In this document: piece by piece, positions 1-8,129 of the stretch
How positions within the stretch are numbered: the stretch's first letter is position 1
How the letters are laid out: each line of letters opens with the position of its first letter
Source of the DNA: Alphaproteobacteria bacterium
GTDB taxonomy: Bacteria > Pseudomonadota > Alphaproteobacteria > UBA6615
Assembly: GCA_018666195.1 (NCBI GenBank)
Contig: JABJAG010000076.1
Span: forward strand, 1-48,015
Length of the DNA stretch: 48,015 nucleotides
Direction: 5' to 3'
Position numbers and translations under genes: made by a program
Notes under the pieces: model-generated
What the model saw: only the letters and a program-made list of their open reading frames with translations
Told to the model about the DNA's origin: nothing
The model's database searches: none

Positions 1-1087
1 CTTCGAGCTCACCCGGGTCACCGGATTCAACCTGTGCTTTGGCCAGCGCCGAGCGCAGGAGGGGTTCGCCGGGGGCCAGTTCTGCCATGCGACGATAGGG
101 CGTGAGGGACTCGCGGACTTTGCCATTCTCGAGCAACATTTGCCCTTTAAGCTCCAGGAAGTATGGATTGCCGGGCTCGTCGGTGATCAGGCTGTCGACC
201 AGTGGGATCGCGCGCATCAAATCCGACTGTTGGTAATAGGCAATGGAACGTGCGTACCGGGCGGGGATGGATCTATCCGCTTCGCCATAGGTTTCCAGGG
301 TTGTCGAGAGGGGTTCCATGAAGCCGATCAGCTTGGCCCGCATCAGGGCATGTTTTCGGGCCAGTTCAGGCGGGGTTGGAGCGTTGGAGAAGCGCGAAAA
401 TGCAAGATGAGATTCGACGGTAGTGATTCGGTCCGTGGTTAGAGGATGGCTGCTCAGATAGGGATGCTCACGGCCGCCGGTCACCCGAATTTCCCGCTGC
501 AGGAGTTCGAAGAATTCACGCAGACCCCGGGCCGATGTCTGGGTGCGGTCCAGATATTTCAGGCCGGCTGCATCCGCTGCGGATTCCTGAGTGCGGCTGT
601 ATTTCAGAAGGTCCGAGAATGCCGCCTGCGAGCCGCCGGAGATAATGGCACCCGCGACCCGGCCATCCCCGGCTGCTAGCCCTGCTGCGAGCCCCAGAAC
701 AGCGGCGATAATCGATTTCGTCTCTGCATTGCGCAATTCGTCCTGCAGGCGGGCGAGGTGCCCACCGGCAATGTGACCGGCTTCATGGGCGATCACGCCG
801 ATGACCTGTTCCGGCGTCTCGGCGCGCATGAGCAGGCCTGTGTTCACGAACATCCGCTGGCCCCCGGCGACGAAAGCGTTCAGCCTCGGGTCGTTCACGA
901 TATGAATGGTAACGGATTCTGCATCCAGACCCGCCGCATTGAAAATTGGCGTGGAGTAGTCGCGGATGATATTTTCAATTTCCGCATCACGGATCAGGCC
1001 CACTCCACGGTTTTGTCCCAGAGCAGGTTGAATGAGTCCAACAGCCAACGCGGTAACAAGGGCTATAACTCGAATCAGTGAGTTCAC
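1..1087 (-). CDS. M48 family zinc metalloprotease with TPR-like C-terminal region (BepA/YfgC-like). The 3' end runs off the window.
   Basis: Absent from the ORF track because there is no stop codon inside the window. My reverse-strand translation from GTG at 1087 gives MNSLIRVIALVTALAVGLIQPALG (signal peptide), then VIGVIAHEAGHIAGGH (HExxH), then TQESAADAAGLKYL, then a helical repeat-like tail. Confidence 0.8.
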   Translation of the reverse strand, partial: MNSLIRVIALVTALAVGLIQPALGQNRGVGLIRDAEIENIIRDYSTPIFNAAGLDAESVTIHIVNDPRLNAFVAGGQRMFVNTGLLMRAETPEQVIGVIAHEAGHIAGGHLARLQDELRNAETKSIIAAVLGLAAGLAAGDGRVAGAIISGGSQAAFSDLLKYSRTQESAADAAGLKYLDRTQTSARGLREFFELLQREIRVTGGREHPYLSSHPLTTDRITTVESHLAFSRFSNAPTPPELARKHALMRAKLIGFMEPLSTTLETYGEADRSIPARYARSIAYYQQSDLMRAIPLVDSLITDEPGNPYFLELKGQMLLENGKVRESLTPYRRMAELAPGEPLLRSALAKAQVESGDPGELE

Positions 1088-1129
1088 GTGACTATCTCCA
1101 AAGTCGATATCCAAACTAGGTACACGAAA

Positions 1130-2665
1130 ATGTGGCGTCAATCAGGTCGGGGTTCACTTGTCGGGTTATTCCTTTTGCTTGCCGCATGCGGTGGCAAGGG
1201 GCCTGAGCAAGGCGATATTGGTTTCATCGATGGCTTCTTTGGCGGTTTGATCGCTGATGAACCGCGCGCGGCACTTGTCGGTCGTGAGGTTTTGTCTGCC
1301 GGGGGAACAGCTGCAGATGCCGCTGTGGCAGCATATTTCACGATGGCGGTCACGATGCCGGGCTCGGCCAGTCTGGGCGGCGGCGGTGTTTGCCTGCTGC
1401 ATGACGCGGTGCAGGTCAAAACCGAAATCCTCTCATTTCTGCCCAAGCCGACGAAAGCGGGCGATCAATTTTCTGTTCCCGGCAATATCCGCGGGATGTT
1501 TCTGCTGAATGCCCGCTATGGCGAACTGGATTGGTCCAGCCTGCTGCAGCCCGCCGAGCGTTTCGCACGTGATGGCCATGCGGTGTCGCGTGCCTTTGTT
1601 CGCGATTTTGATGCGGCCCGCTCAATCATGAGCTCAGACCCCGAGGCACGGGAAATCTTCGGAAATGGCGCTGTTGCAGAGGGCAAGTTCCTTCGTCAGG
1701 TGGAACTGGGTGCGATTATTTCCAACCTTCGTACACGTGGTCCCGGTGATTTTTACGATGGTTCGATCGGGCGATTGTTTGTCGAATCCGTTTCCTCCGT
1801 GGGGGGCAAGATCACGATCTCTGACCTTCGGGAGTATCTGCCGGTTCTGCAGGAACCTTTGAAAATCGAAGTGGGGAACAATTTCCTCGTGTTTCCCCCA
1901 ACCGATGGCGGTTTGATTGCTGCCCGGGTTTGGGAGGCCGCACAGGCTGATGACCGTTTTGAAGATGCCGATGCGGCGGGGCGGTACCACCTTGTTCTGG
2001 AGGCCGCGGCCCGGGCCTATCAGGCCGCTGCACAACGGGGTGGGACGGGGTCTGTCGCAAGCGCCGCGGAACTGATGCAGGGTTTCTCACCTGATGCGCA
2101 CACTGCGGTGCGTTCATCCGTGGCGATCCGCGAAGACGATGCACATGATGGTGCCAGCATTGTTGCGGTGGACAATCAGGGCCGAACCGTCGCGTGCTCC
2201 TTCACCATGAATGGCCCGTTCGGCAGTGGAGTTGTGGCGCCCGGAACTGGCATTCTGCTGGCCAATACGAATGATAGCCCGCGTGCTGCCATTCCAAGTG
2301 TTGCGATGGTGGTGAATGAGATTGTCGGACTGACATTCTTCGCCGCCGCCGGTTCAGGACCGGTTGTGTCGACAGTTGCGCGCGCGGCCCTGGAAACCAT
2401 CGAAAAAAGTGACGGTGACTTGACGGCGGCGATTGCGCGACCCCGCACGCACACCACGGGCGATCCGGATGTCACCCTGGTTGAGGCTGATATGTCGGTG
2501 GCCGATCAGGACGGTTTGCGCGCGCTTGGGCACAATCTTCAGGCGCGTCCCAAACTGGGCCGGATCAACGGTTTCTACTGTCCGCGTGGATTGCCGCGTG
2601 TGCAGACCTGCCAGTTCGTGAAGGACCCCCGGTCGTTTGGTCTGGCTGTCAGTTCTGACGAATAG
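1130..2665 (+). CDS. gamma-glutamyltransferase family lipoprotein (apparently lacks the Thr nucleophile)
   Basis: ORF 1088..2665. The preferred start, ATG 1130, gives MWRQSGRGSLVGLFLLLAAC with a lipobox. GGT-family blocks are MFLLNARYGELDW, FTMNGPFGSGVVAPGTGILLAN and DPRSFG. Confidence 0.8.
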   Translation: MWRQSGRGSLVGLFLLLAACGGKGPEQGDIGFIDGFFGGLIADEPRAALVGREVLSAGGTAADAAVAAYFTMAVTMPGSASLGGGGVCLLHDAVQVKTEILSFLPKPTKAGDQFSVPGNIRGMFLLNARYGELDWSSLLQPAERFARDGHAVSRAFVRDFDAARSIMSSDPEAREIFGNGAVAEGKFLRQVELGAIISNLRTRGPGDFYDGSIGRLFVESVSSVGGKITISDLREYLPVLQEPLKIEVGNNFLVFPPTDGGLIAARVWEAAQADDRFEDADAAGRYHLVLEAAARAYQAAAQRGGTGSVASAAELMQGFSPDAHTAVRSSVAIREDDAHDGASIVAVDNQGRTVACSFTMNGPFGSGVVAPGTGILLANTNDSPRAAIPSVAMVVNEIVGLTFFAAAGSGPVVSTVARAALETIEKSDGDLTAAIARPRTHTTGDPDVTLVEADMSVADQDGLRALGHNLQARPKLGRINGFYCPRGLPRVQTCQFVKDPRSFGLAVSSDE

Positions 2666-2674
2666 GCCGACACG

Positions 2675-3832
2675 ATGGCTCTGAAAATTTCGACCCGGGG
2701 CCAGATTGACCCCTTTATCGTCATGGATGTCATGCGCGAGGCCAACGCGCTGGATGCAGCCGGGGGGGACATCGTTCACCTGGAGGTCGGCCAGCCCGGA
2801 ACACCTGCGCCGGAGCGGGTCCGCGAAGCAGCAGCCGCCGCTGCTCTTTCCGAGCGTCTGGGATATACCGATGCCATGGGTATCGCGCCGTTGCGTGAAC
2901 GTATCGCGCAGCACTATCAGAATTTCTATGGCGTGGATGTTGATCCGGCCGGCGTTGTCGTCACCACCGGTTCATCGGGAAGTTTTCTGCTCTCGTTTCT
3001 GGCCGCGTTTGATGTGGGCGATCGTGTGGCTTTGGCCGCTCCGGGGTATCCGGCCTATCGCAATATCCTTTCCGCGCTCGGTGTTGAGCCGGTGGTGCTG
3101 GAAACCCGTCTGGAAGACCGCTTTCAGCCGACGCCGGAACTGCTGGCACAAGTTGATGGCCCGCTTGATGGTCTGATTGTGGCGAGCCCTTCCAATCCAA
3201 CCGGAACCATGATTGACCGGGACGGAATGGAGGCTCTAACGCAGTACTGCCATGAGAATGGTATTCGGCTGATTTCTGATGAAATTTATCACGGCATCAC
3301 CTTCGGTCATGAATCGGTGACAGCGCTTTCGTTTGATCCTACAGCTTTGATTATAAATAGTTTTTCGAAATATTTTTCGATGACCGGCTGGCGACTGGGA
3401 TGGATGATTGTTCCGCCTGATATGGCGCGTTCGATTGAATGTCTGGCGCAGAATTTGTTCATTTCAGCACCGTCGCTGTCACAGGTGGCGGCTTTGGCCG
3501 CATTCGATAGCCATGACGAACTGCGTGAGAACGTGGCGCGATACGCGAAGAACCGCGAGATACTGCTCACAGAACTCCCAAAAGCGGGTTTTGATCGGTT
3601 GGCACCAGCTGATGGTGCTTTCTACATCTATGCCGATGTCAGCGGGATGACCAATGACAGCGCAGAGTTTTGCCGTCGAATGCTGACAGAGGCACAGGTG
3701 GCCGCCACGCCGGGTCTCGATTTTGACCCGTATCGTGGCAACACTTATGTGCGGTTCTCGTTTGCTGGCAGCGAGGACGACATCACGCGTGGGGTTCAAC
3801 GCCTGCAGGACTGGCGTAACAACGCGAACTAG
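2675..3832 (+). CDS. PLP-dependent aminotransferase, class I/II (aspartate/aromatic type)
   Basis: 385-aa ORF. It carries ASPSNPTGT and SFSKYFSMTGWRLGW (PLP-lysine) motifs typical of fold-type I aminotransferases. Confidence 0.85.
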   Translation: MALKISTRGQIDPFIVMDVMREANALDAAGGDIVHLEVGQPGTPAPERVREAAAAAALSERLGYTDAMGIAPLRERIAQHYQNFYGVDVDPAGVVVTTGSSGSFLLSFLAAFDVGDRVALAAPGYPAYRNILSALGVEPVVLETRLEDRFQPTPELLAQVDGPLDGLIVASPSNPTGTMIDRDGMEALTQYCHENGIRLISDEIYHGITFGHESVTALSFDPTALIINSFSKYFSMTGWRLGWMIVPPDMARSIECLAQNLFISAPSLSQVAALAAFDSHDELRENVARYAKNREILLTELPKAGFDRLAPADGAFYIYADVSGMTNDSAEFCRRMLTEAQVAATPGLDFDPYRGNTYVRFSFAGSEDDITRGVQRLQDWRNNAN

Positions 3833-3833
3833 C

Positions 3834-3856
3834 ACGGCGCGAATCGAAGCCGTTTT
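3834..3856 (+). terminator. weak hairpin plus T-tract between the convergent aminotransferase and rne
   Basis: ACGGC (3834-3838) pairs with GCCGT (3849-3853) and is followed by TTTT. The stem is only 5 bp. Confidence 0.3.
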
Positions 3857-6368
3857 ATGAACGGCTCCACCATCCCGACCGACGTGGCCGGTTGTCGTCT
3901 TCTTCTTCAGCAGCGGGCTCAGCTTCTGCTTCTGACTCAGCTTCAGCCTTTGTTTCTGCGACTGCTGCTTCAGCCCCTACCTCGGGTGCATCTGCATCCG
4001 GGGTGTCAACAGGTTCGGAAACCTCAGCCTCGTCGGCCGGTGCTTCCGTTTCGGCTTCGTCTGAAGCTGTTTCGGTGCTGGTTGGCTCGGGGATATCCAG
4101 GTCGGTGTCGACCTCGGCATCATTGGAATCCGTGTTGACTGCCTCTGAACCGGCCACAGTGCCCTCGGTGTCACCTTCCGTCTCGGCAGCATCCTTCGTA
4201 CGACGTCCGCGTCGACGGGGGCGACGGCGACGACGCTTGGGTGCATCTTCGTCATTGTCACCGGTTTCGCTCTCGGCTTCCGATGCAGTTGACTCGTCAG
4301 TGTTTTCGCTTGAGGCCTCAGCGTTCCCTGAGTCTTCAGAGTTCTCCTGGGTCTCGGTATCCGCATCCGACTTCCGACGACGACGGCCACCCCGGCGTCC
4401 ACGTCGACGGCCATTGCGTTTCACGCCATCTTCGTCATCTCCATCGCCAGCGCTTGCATCGGCGCCATCGGGGGTATCAGACGTGCTTTCGCTTTCGGAT
4501 GAATCGTCCGTGGTTTCCTCAGAGCGTTTGCGCCCGCGACGCCGGCGGCGCTTGGGTGCATCGTCATCACGTTTGTCGTTGCCACGATCATTGCCGCGGG
4601 AGGACCGATTGTTTTTGGTGTCCTTTTCGTCGTCTCCATCGCCACTCGAATGTCCAACCTCGTAGTCGGAGGGGGCGAGGCCCGGATCTGCAAGAACAAG
4701 CACGCGAATGCCATGACGTTCCTCGATCTCGCGCAACGTGTCGCGTTTCTGATTCAAGAGATAGAGCGCGATATCGGTCTGCGCTTTGACGTTCACTTCT
4801 TCGGAGCGTTTGCGCAGGCCTTCTTCTTCCAGTTCCCGGAGAATTGCCATTGCGGTCGATTCCGTGGAGCGAACAAAACCAGCCCCCTGACACACCGGGC
4901 AAATCTGGGCGTGGGCTTCATGCAGGCTTGAGCGCAGACGCTGGCGCGAAAGCTCCATCAGGCCGAAGCTGGAGATGCGCCCGATCTGAATGCGTGCACG
5001 ATCCGTCTTCATCGCCTCTTTGAGGCGTCGCTCGACGGCATGATTGTTGCGAGACACATCCATGTCGATGAAATCGATCACCACCAGACCAGCCAGGTCG
5101 CGCAGACGCAGTTGCCGGGCGACCTCGTCGGCGGCTTCCAGATTGGTGCGATATGCGGTCTGCTCGACATTGCGCTCACGGGTTGAGCGACCCGAGTTCA
5201 CATCAATGGCGACCAGCGCTTCCGTCGGGTTGATCACCAGATAACCACCGGATTTCAGCTGGACGATTGGCTCGTGGATTTCGTCGAGCTGCTGGTCAAC
5301 CTGGTAGCGGTTGAACAGGGGAATGCTCGGATCCTCGTATTTCTGAACCCGCTTTGCGTGAGATGGGATCATCGTGCGCATCAAGGCTTTCGCGGCCTTG
5401 TAAGCTTCGTCACCTTCGATCAGGACCTCATCGATGTCCCGGTCGTAAATATCGCGCAACGCCCGTTTGATAACGTCGCCCTCTTCATAGATAAGGGATG
5501 GCGCGGAGGAGTTCATGGTCAGTTCGCGGGTTTCGTCCCACACGCGGCGCAGATATTCATAGTCGCGCTTGATTTCGGCTTTGGTGCGCTCGACGCCCGC
5601 GGTGCGCATGATCACCGCCATGCCTTCGGGCACTTCCATTTCCGACATGATGCTTTTCATCGCCTTGCGATGTTTCGGGTCGGTGATCTTGCGGCTGACG
5701 CCACCACCGCGCGAGGTGTTGGGCATCAGGACGCAATAACGACCGGGCATGGAGAGATAGGTGGTCAGGGCCGCGCCCTTGTTGCCGCGCTCTTCCTTGA
5801 CGACCTGCACCAGCAGAATCTGACGCCGCTTGATGACTTCCTGAATCTTGTAGCTGCGGGTCAGTTTGCGCAGACGGCGGCGATGAGATTCAGCCAGCTC
5901 ACGGATGTCTTCATCGTCGGACTCACTGTCGACATCGGGTGCGTCCTCGTCCGCCTCGCTGTCTTCGGGAGCATCTGCATCTGCTGCAGGTTCGGCATCA
6001 TCAGCAGCTTCGCTGTTCGCGGCCGCCTCGGTGCTTGACGTGTCGGCGTCCTCGGCATCCCCATTTTCGTCATCATCATCCGTGCCGTGAGACTCCGCGA
6101 GGAGCTTTTCACGATCCTCGATCGGGATTTGATAATAGTCGGGGTGAATTTCGTTGAAGGCGAGGAAGCCGTGGCGGTTGCCGCCGAAATCGACAAATGC
6201 TGCCTGAAGAGACGGTTCCACGCGTGTCACTTTGGCCAGATAGATATTGCTCTTGATCTGACGTTTGGTGGAAGTCTCGTAATCGTATTCGAGGAGGTCG
6301 TTTCCATCCGCCACCACAACACGGGTTTCTTCCGGATGGGTTGCGTCGATAAGCATGCGCTTTGGCAT
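3855..6368 (-). CDS. rne: ribonuclease E
   Basis: 837-aa ORF starting MPKRMLIDATHPEETRVVV. It has an S1 region, the catalytic blocks AIDVNSG and VVIDFIDM, the Zn-link CPVCQGAG, and a long acidic/Arg-rich C-terminal domain ending in GWWSRS. Confidence 0.95.
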   Translation of the reverse strand: MPKRMLIDATHPEETRVVVADGNDLLEYDYETSTKRQIKSNIYLAKVTRVEPSLQAAFVDFGGNRHGFLAFNEIHPDYYQIPIEDREKLLAESHGTDDDDENGDAEDADTSSTEAAANSEAADDAEPAADADAPEDSEADEDAPDVDSESDDEDIRELAESHRRRLRKLTRSYKIQEVIKRRQILLVQVVKEERGNKGAALTTYLSMPGRYCVLMPNTSRGGGVSRKITDPKHRKAMKSIMSEMEVPEGMAVIMRTAGVERTKAEIKRDYEYLRRVWDETRELTMNSSAPSLIYEEGDVIKRALRDIYDRDIDEVLIEGDEAYKAAKALMRTMIPSHAKRVQKYEDPSIPLFNRYQVDQQLDEIHEPIVQLKSGGYLVINPTEALVAIDVNSGRSTRERNVEQTAYRTNLEAADEVARQLRLRDLAGLVVIDFIDMDVSRNNHAVERRLKEAMKTDRARIQIGRISSFGLMELSRQRLRSSLHEAHAQICPVCQGAGFVRSTESTAMAILRELEEEGLRKRSEEVNVKAQTDIALYLLNQKRDTLREIEERHGIRVLVLADPGLAPSDYEVGHSSGDGDDEKDTKNNRSSRGNDRGNDKRDDDAPKRRRRRGRKRSEETTDDSSESESTSDTPDGADASAGDGDDEDGVKRNGRRRGRRGGRRRRKSDADTETQENSEDSGNAEASSENTDESTASEAESETGDNDEDAPKRRRRRPRRRGRRTKDAAETEGDTEGTVAGSEAVNTDSNDAEVDTDLDIPEPTSTETASDEAETEAPADEAEVSEPVDTPDADAPEVGAEAAVAETKAEAESEAEAEPAAEEEDDNRPRRSGWWSRS

Positions 6369-6761
6369 GTTGTTTTCCCGGCGGGAGCCGCATCCATGTC
6401 ATGCGAACGGAGACATGGCTGGTCCCGCATTGGACAAAGTCTGTACCGGGAACCTGAACCGTCGAACGGGCGTTTTGCACCAGGACGGCAGGTTGTATCC
6501 GAATACCCGCAGCTTGTTGATCAAGGCACGGCGACTTCGAAGTTGGACAAACCGCCATTCAATTCTGCGCGCATTTTTGAAACCTGCTGCGGCAGCGCGC
6601 CGGGACAATCGTCCTGGCAGCCACGCACGCGGGTCGCAAATCACGCGCAGCGACGTTGAATCGCGGGTGTTCGCGCAAACACCATAGCTTTCGTTGGTCG
6701 CTTCGACAATGGATTGATTGCGAAAAACGCGATGCGATTGTGAGTTGCAGCGGATCGAAGG
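6369..6761 (-). promoter_or_regulatory. long (393 bp) divergent spacer; candidate structured rne 5' leader plus the rne and amidase promoters
   Basis: No credible CDS. Hairpins include CCATGTC (6394-6400)/GACATGG (6412-6418), 26-50 nt upstream of the rne ATG, and GGTGTT/AACACC near 6664-6683. Confidence 0.35.
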
Positions 6762-8018
6762 ATGACGATATATGAATCCACGATGTCATTGATTTTGAAA
6801 CAATTCTTGGCCTGTTCATCCATCGCGCGACGCCTGGTCCTTGCCGGTGTGATCGCGATTTTGTGCGGTCTGGTGACGACGCCTGTTCAGGCCGCCGGGT
6901 TGGAGGTCAAGGACATCCGGATCGGTGTTCATGACGGCACGACCCGGTTTGTTGTGGATCTGAGCGACAAGGTGGAACCGCGAATTTTCGGTCTCCCCGA
7001 CCCGTTTCGCGTGGTTATTGACCTGCCGGAGGTCAATTTTGTGCTTTCGGAAGAACGGATCGGTGACGGCGCGGGGCTGATCGAGAAGCTGCGGTACGGG
7101 CTGTTCCGGCCCGGCACGAGCCGATTTGTGCTTGATCTGAAAACACCATCAAAGATTTCCAAGCAATTTCTGCTTCGCCCAGATGGCGGGAAGCCGTGGC
7201 GGCTTGTGCTCGATATGGTGCCGGCATCGCGGGAAGAGTTTCTGACCTCCATGCGCCCGCGTGGCGAAACGGTGCCGCAAGTTGCGACAAAGCCGCCGCC
7301 GCTGCTCAATCGTCCGCAAAATGCGAAACCCGTTGTGGTGATCGATGCCGGACATGGCGGGGTCGACCCCGGGGCCATCGGGATTTCGGGTGCCTATGAG
7401 AAAACCATTGCCCTCGCGTATTCGCGCGATGTGGCCAAGCGACTGCGTGCGACAGGCCGTTACAAGGTTGTGATGACCCGCGATCGGGATATTTTTCTGC
7501 CGTTGCGCGAACGCGTGCGGATTGCGCGTGCAGCGGGTGCTGATCTGTTCCTGTCCGTGCACGCCAATACCCATCCGAAGCGGTCGACAAACGGGTTCTC
7601 CGTCTACACCCTGTCCACTCGGGCGTCGGACAAGGAGGCGGCCGCGCTGGCGGCGCTGGAAAACAAATCCGATGTGATCGGCGGGGTCGATCTCGGTGAC
7701 TACAGCGATGATGTGCAGAATATTCTGATCGACTTCGCGCAGGCCAAGACCAACGAATTGTCGGTCAAGTTCGCCCGCGACATGCTGGTCGGAGAGATTG
7801 GACAACGCGCGCGGCTTTTGGGACGCCCCTGGCGCTCTGCGGGTTTCGCCGTGCTGAAGGCACCTGATGTGCCGTCGGTTTTGCTCGAACTGGGATACAT
7901 CTCCAATCCGAAAGAGGAGAAGCTCCTGTTGTCAAAATCCCACCGTGAGAAGATGTCGGCAGCGATTGTTCGCGCCGTGGGCAATTATTTTAAAGAAAAC
8001 CAGAACGCCAACCTTTAA
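6762..8018 (+). CDS. amiC: N-acetylmuramoyl-L-alanine amidase with N-terminal AMIN-like domain
   Basis: 418-aa ORF (an alternative start is at 6783). It has a TM/signal segment, LEVKDIRIGVHDGTTRFVVDL...VVIDLPEV, and an Amidase_3 core (VVVIDAGHGGVDPGA, LFLSVHAN, PSVLLELGYISN). Confidence 0.85.
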   Translation: MTIYESTMSLILKQFLACSSIARRLVLAGVIAILCGLVTTPVQAAGLEVKDIRIGVHDGTTRFVVDLSDKVEPRIFGLPDPFRVVIDLPEVNFVLSEERIGDGAGLIEKLRYGLFRPGTSRFVLDLKTPSKISKQFLLRPDGGKPWRLVLDMVPASREEFLTSMRPRGETVPQVATKPPPLLNRPQNAKPVVVIDAGHGGVDPGAIGISGAYEKTIALAYSRDVAKRLRATGRYKVVMTRDRDIFLPLRERVRIARAAGADLFLSVHANTHPKRSTNGFSVYTLSTRASDKEAAALAALENKSDVIGGVDLGDYSDDVQNILIDFAQAKTNELSVKFARDMLVGEIGQRARLLGRPWRSAGFAVLKAPDVPSVLLELGYISNPKEEKLLLSKSHREKMSAAIVRAVGNYFKENQNANL

Positions 8019-8129
8019 ACCGTGGCCAAGTGGCACCAATATTGCCTGCCACAATCATAGCATAATTGAAGGTTATCGCTTTGTGTGGCTCGGGTATGCT
8101 GCGCGCCGCGGTTTTGATTGGGAAACTGA

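Noticed and set aside
3892-4665. A 257-aa Ser/Ala-rich ORF on the plus strand (MSSSSSAAGSASASDSASAF...).
   Set aside because: It is the exact antisense image of the acidic/Arg-rich RNase E C-terminal domain, where GAx/CGx codons read as TCx/xCG. It is low-complexity, has no start context, and the rne frame is unambiguous.
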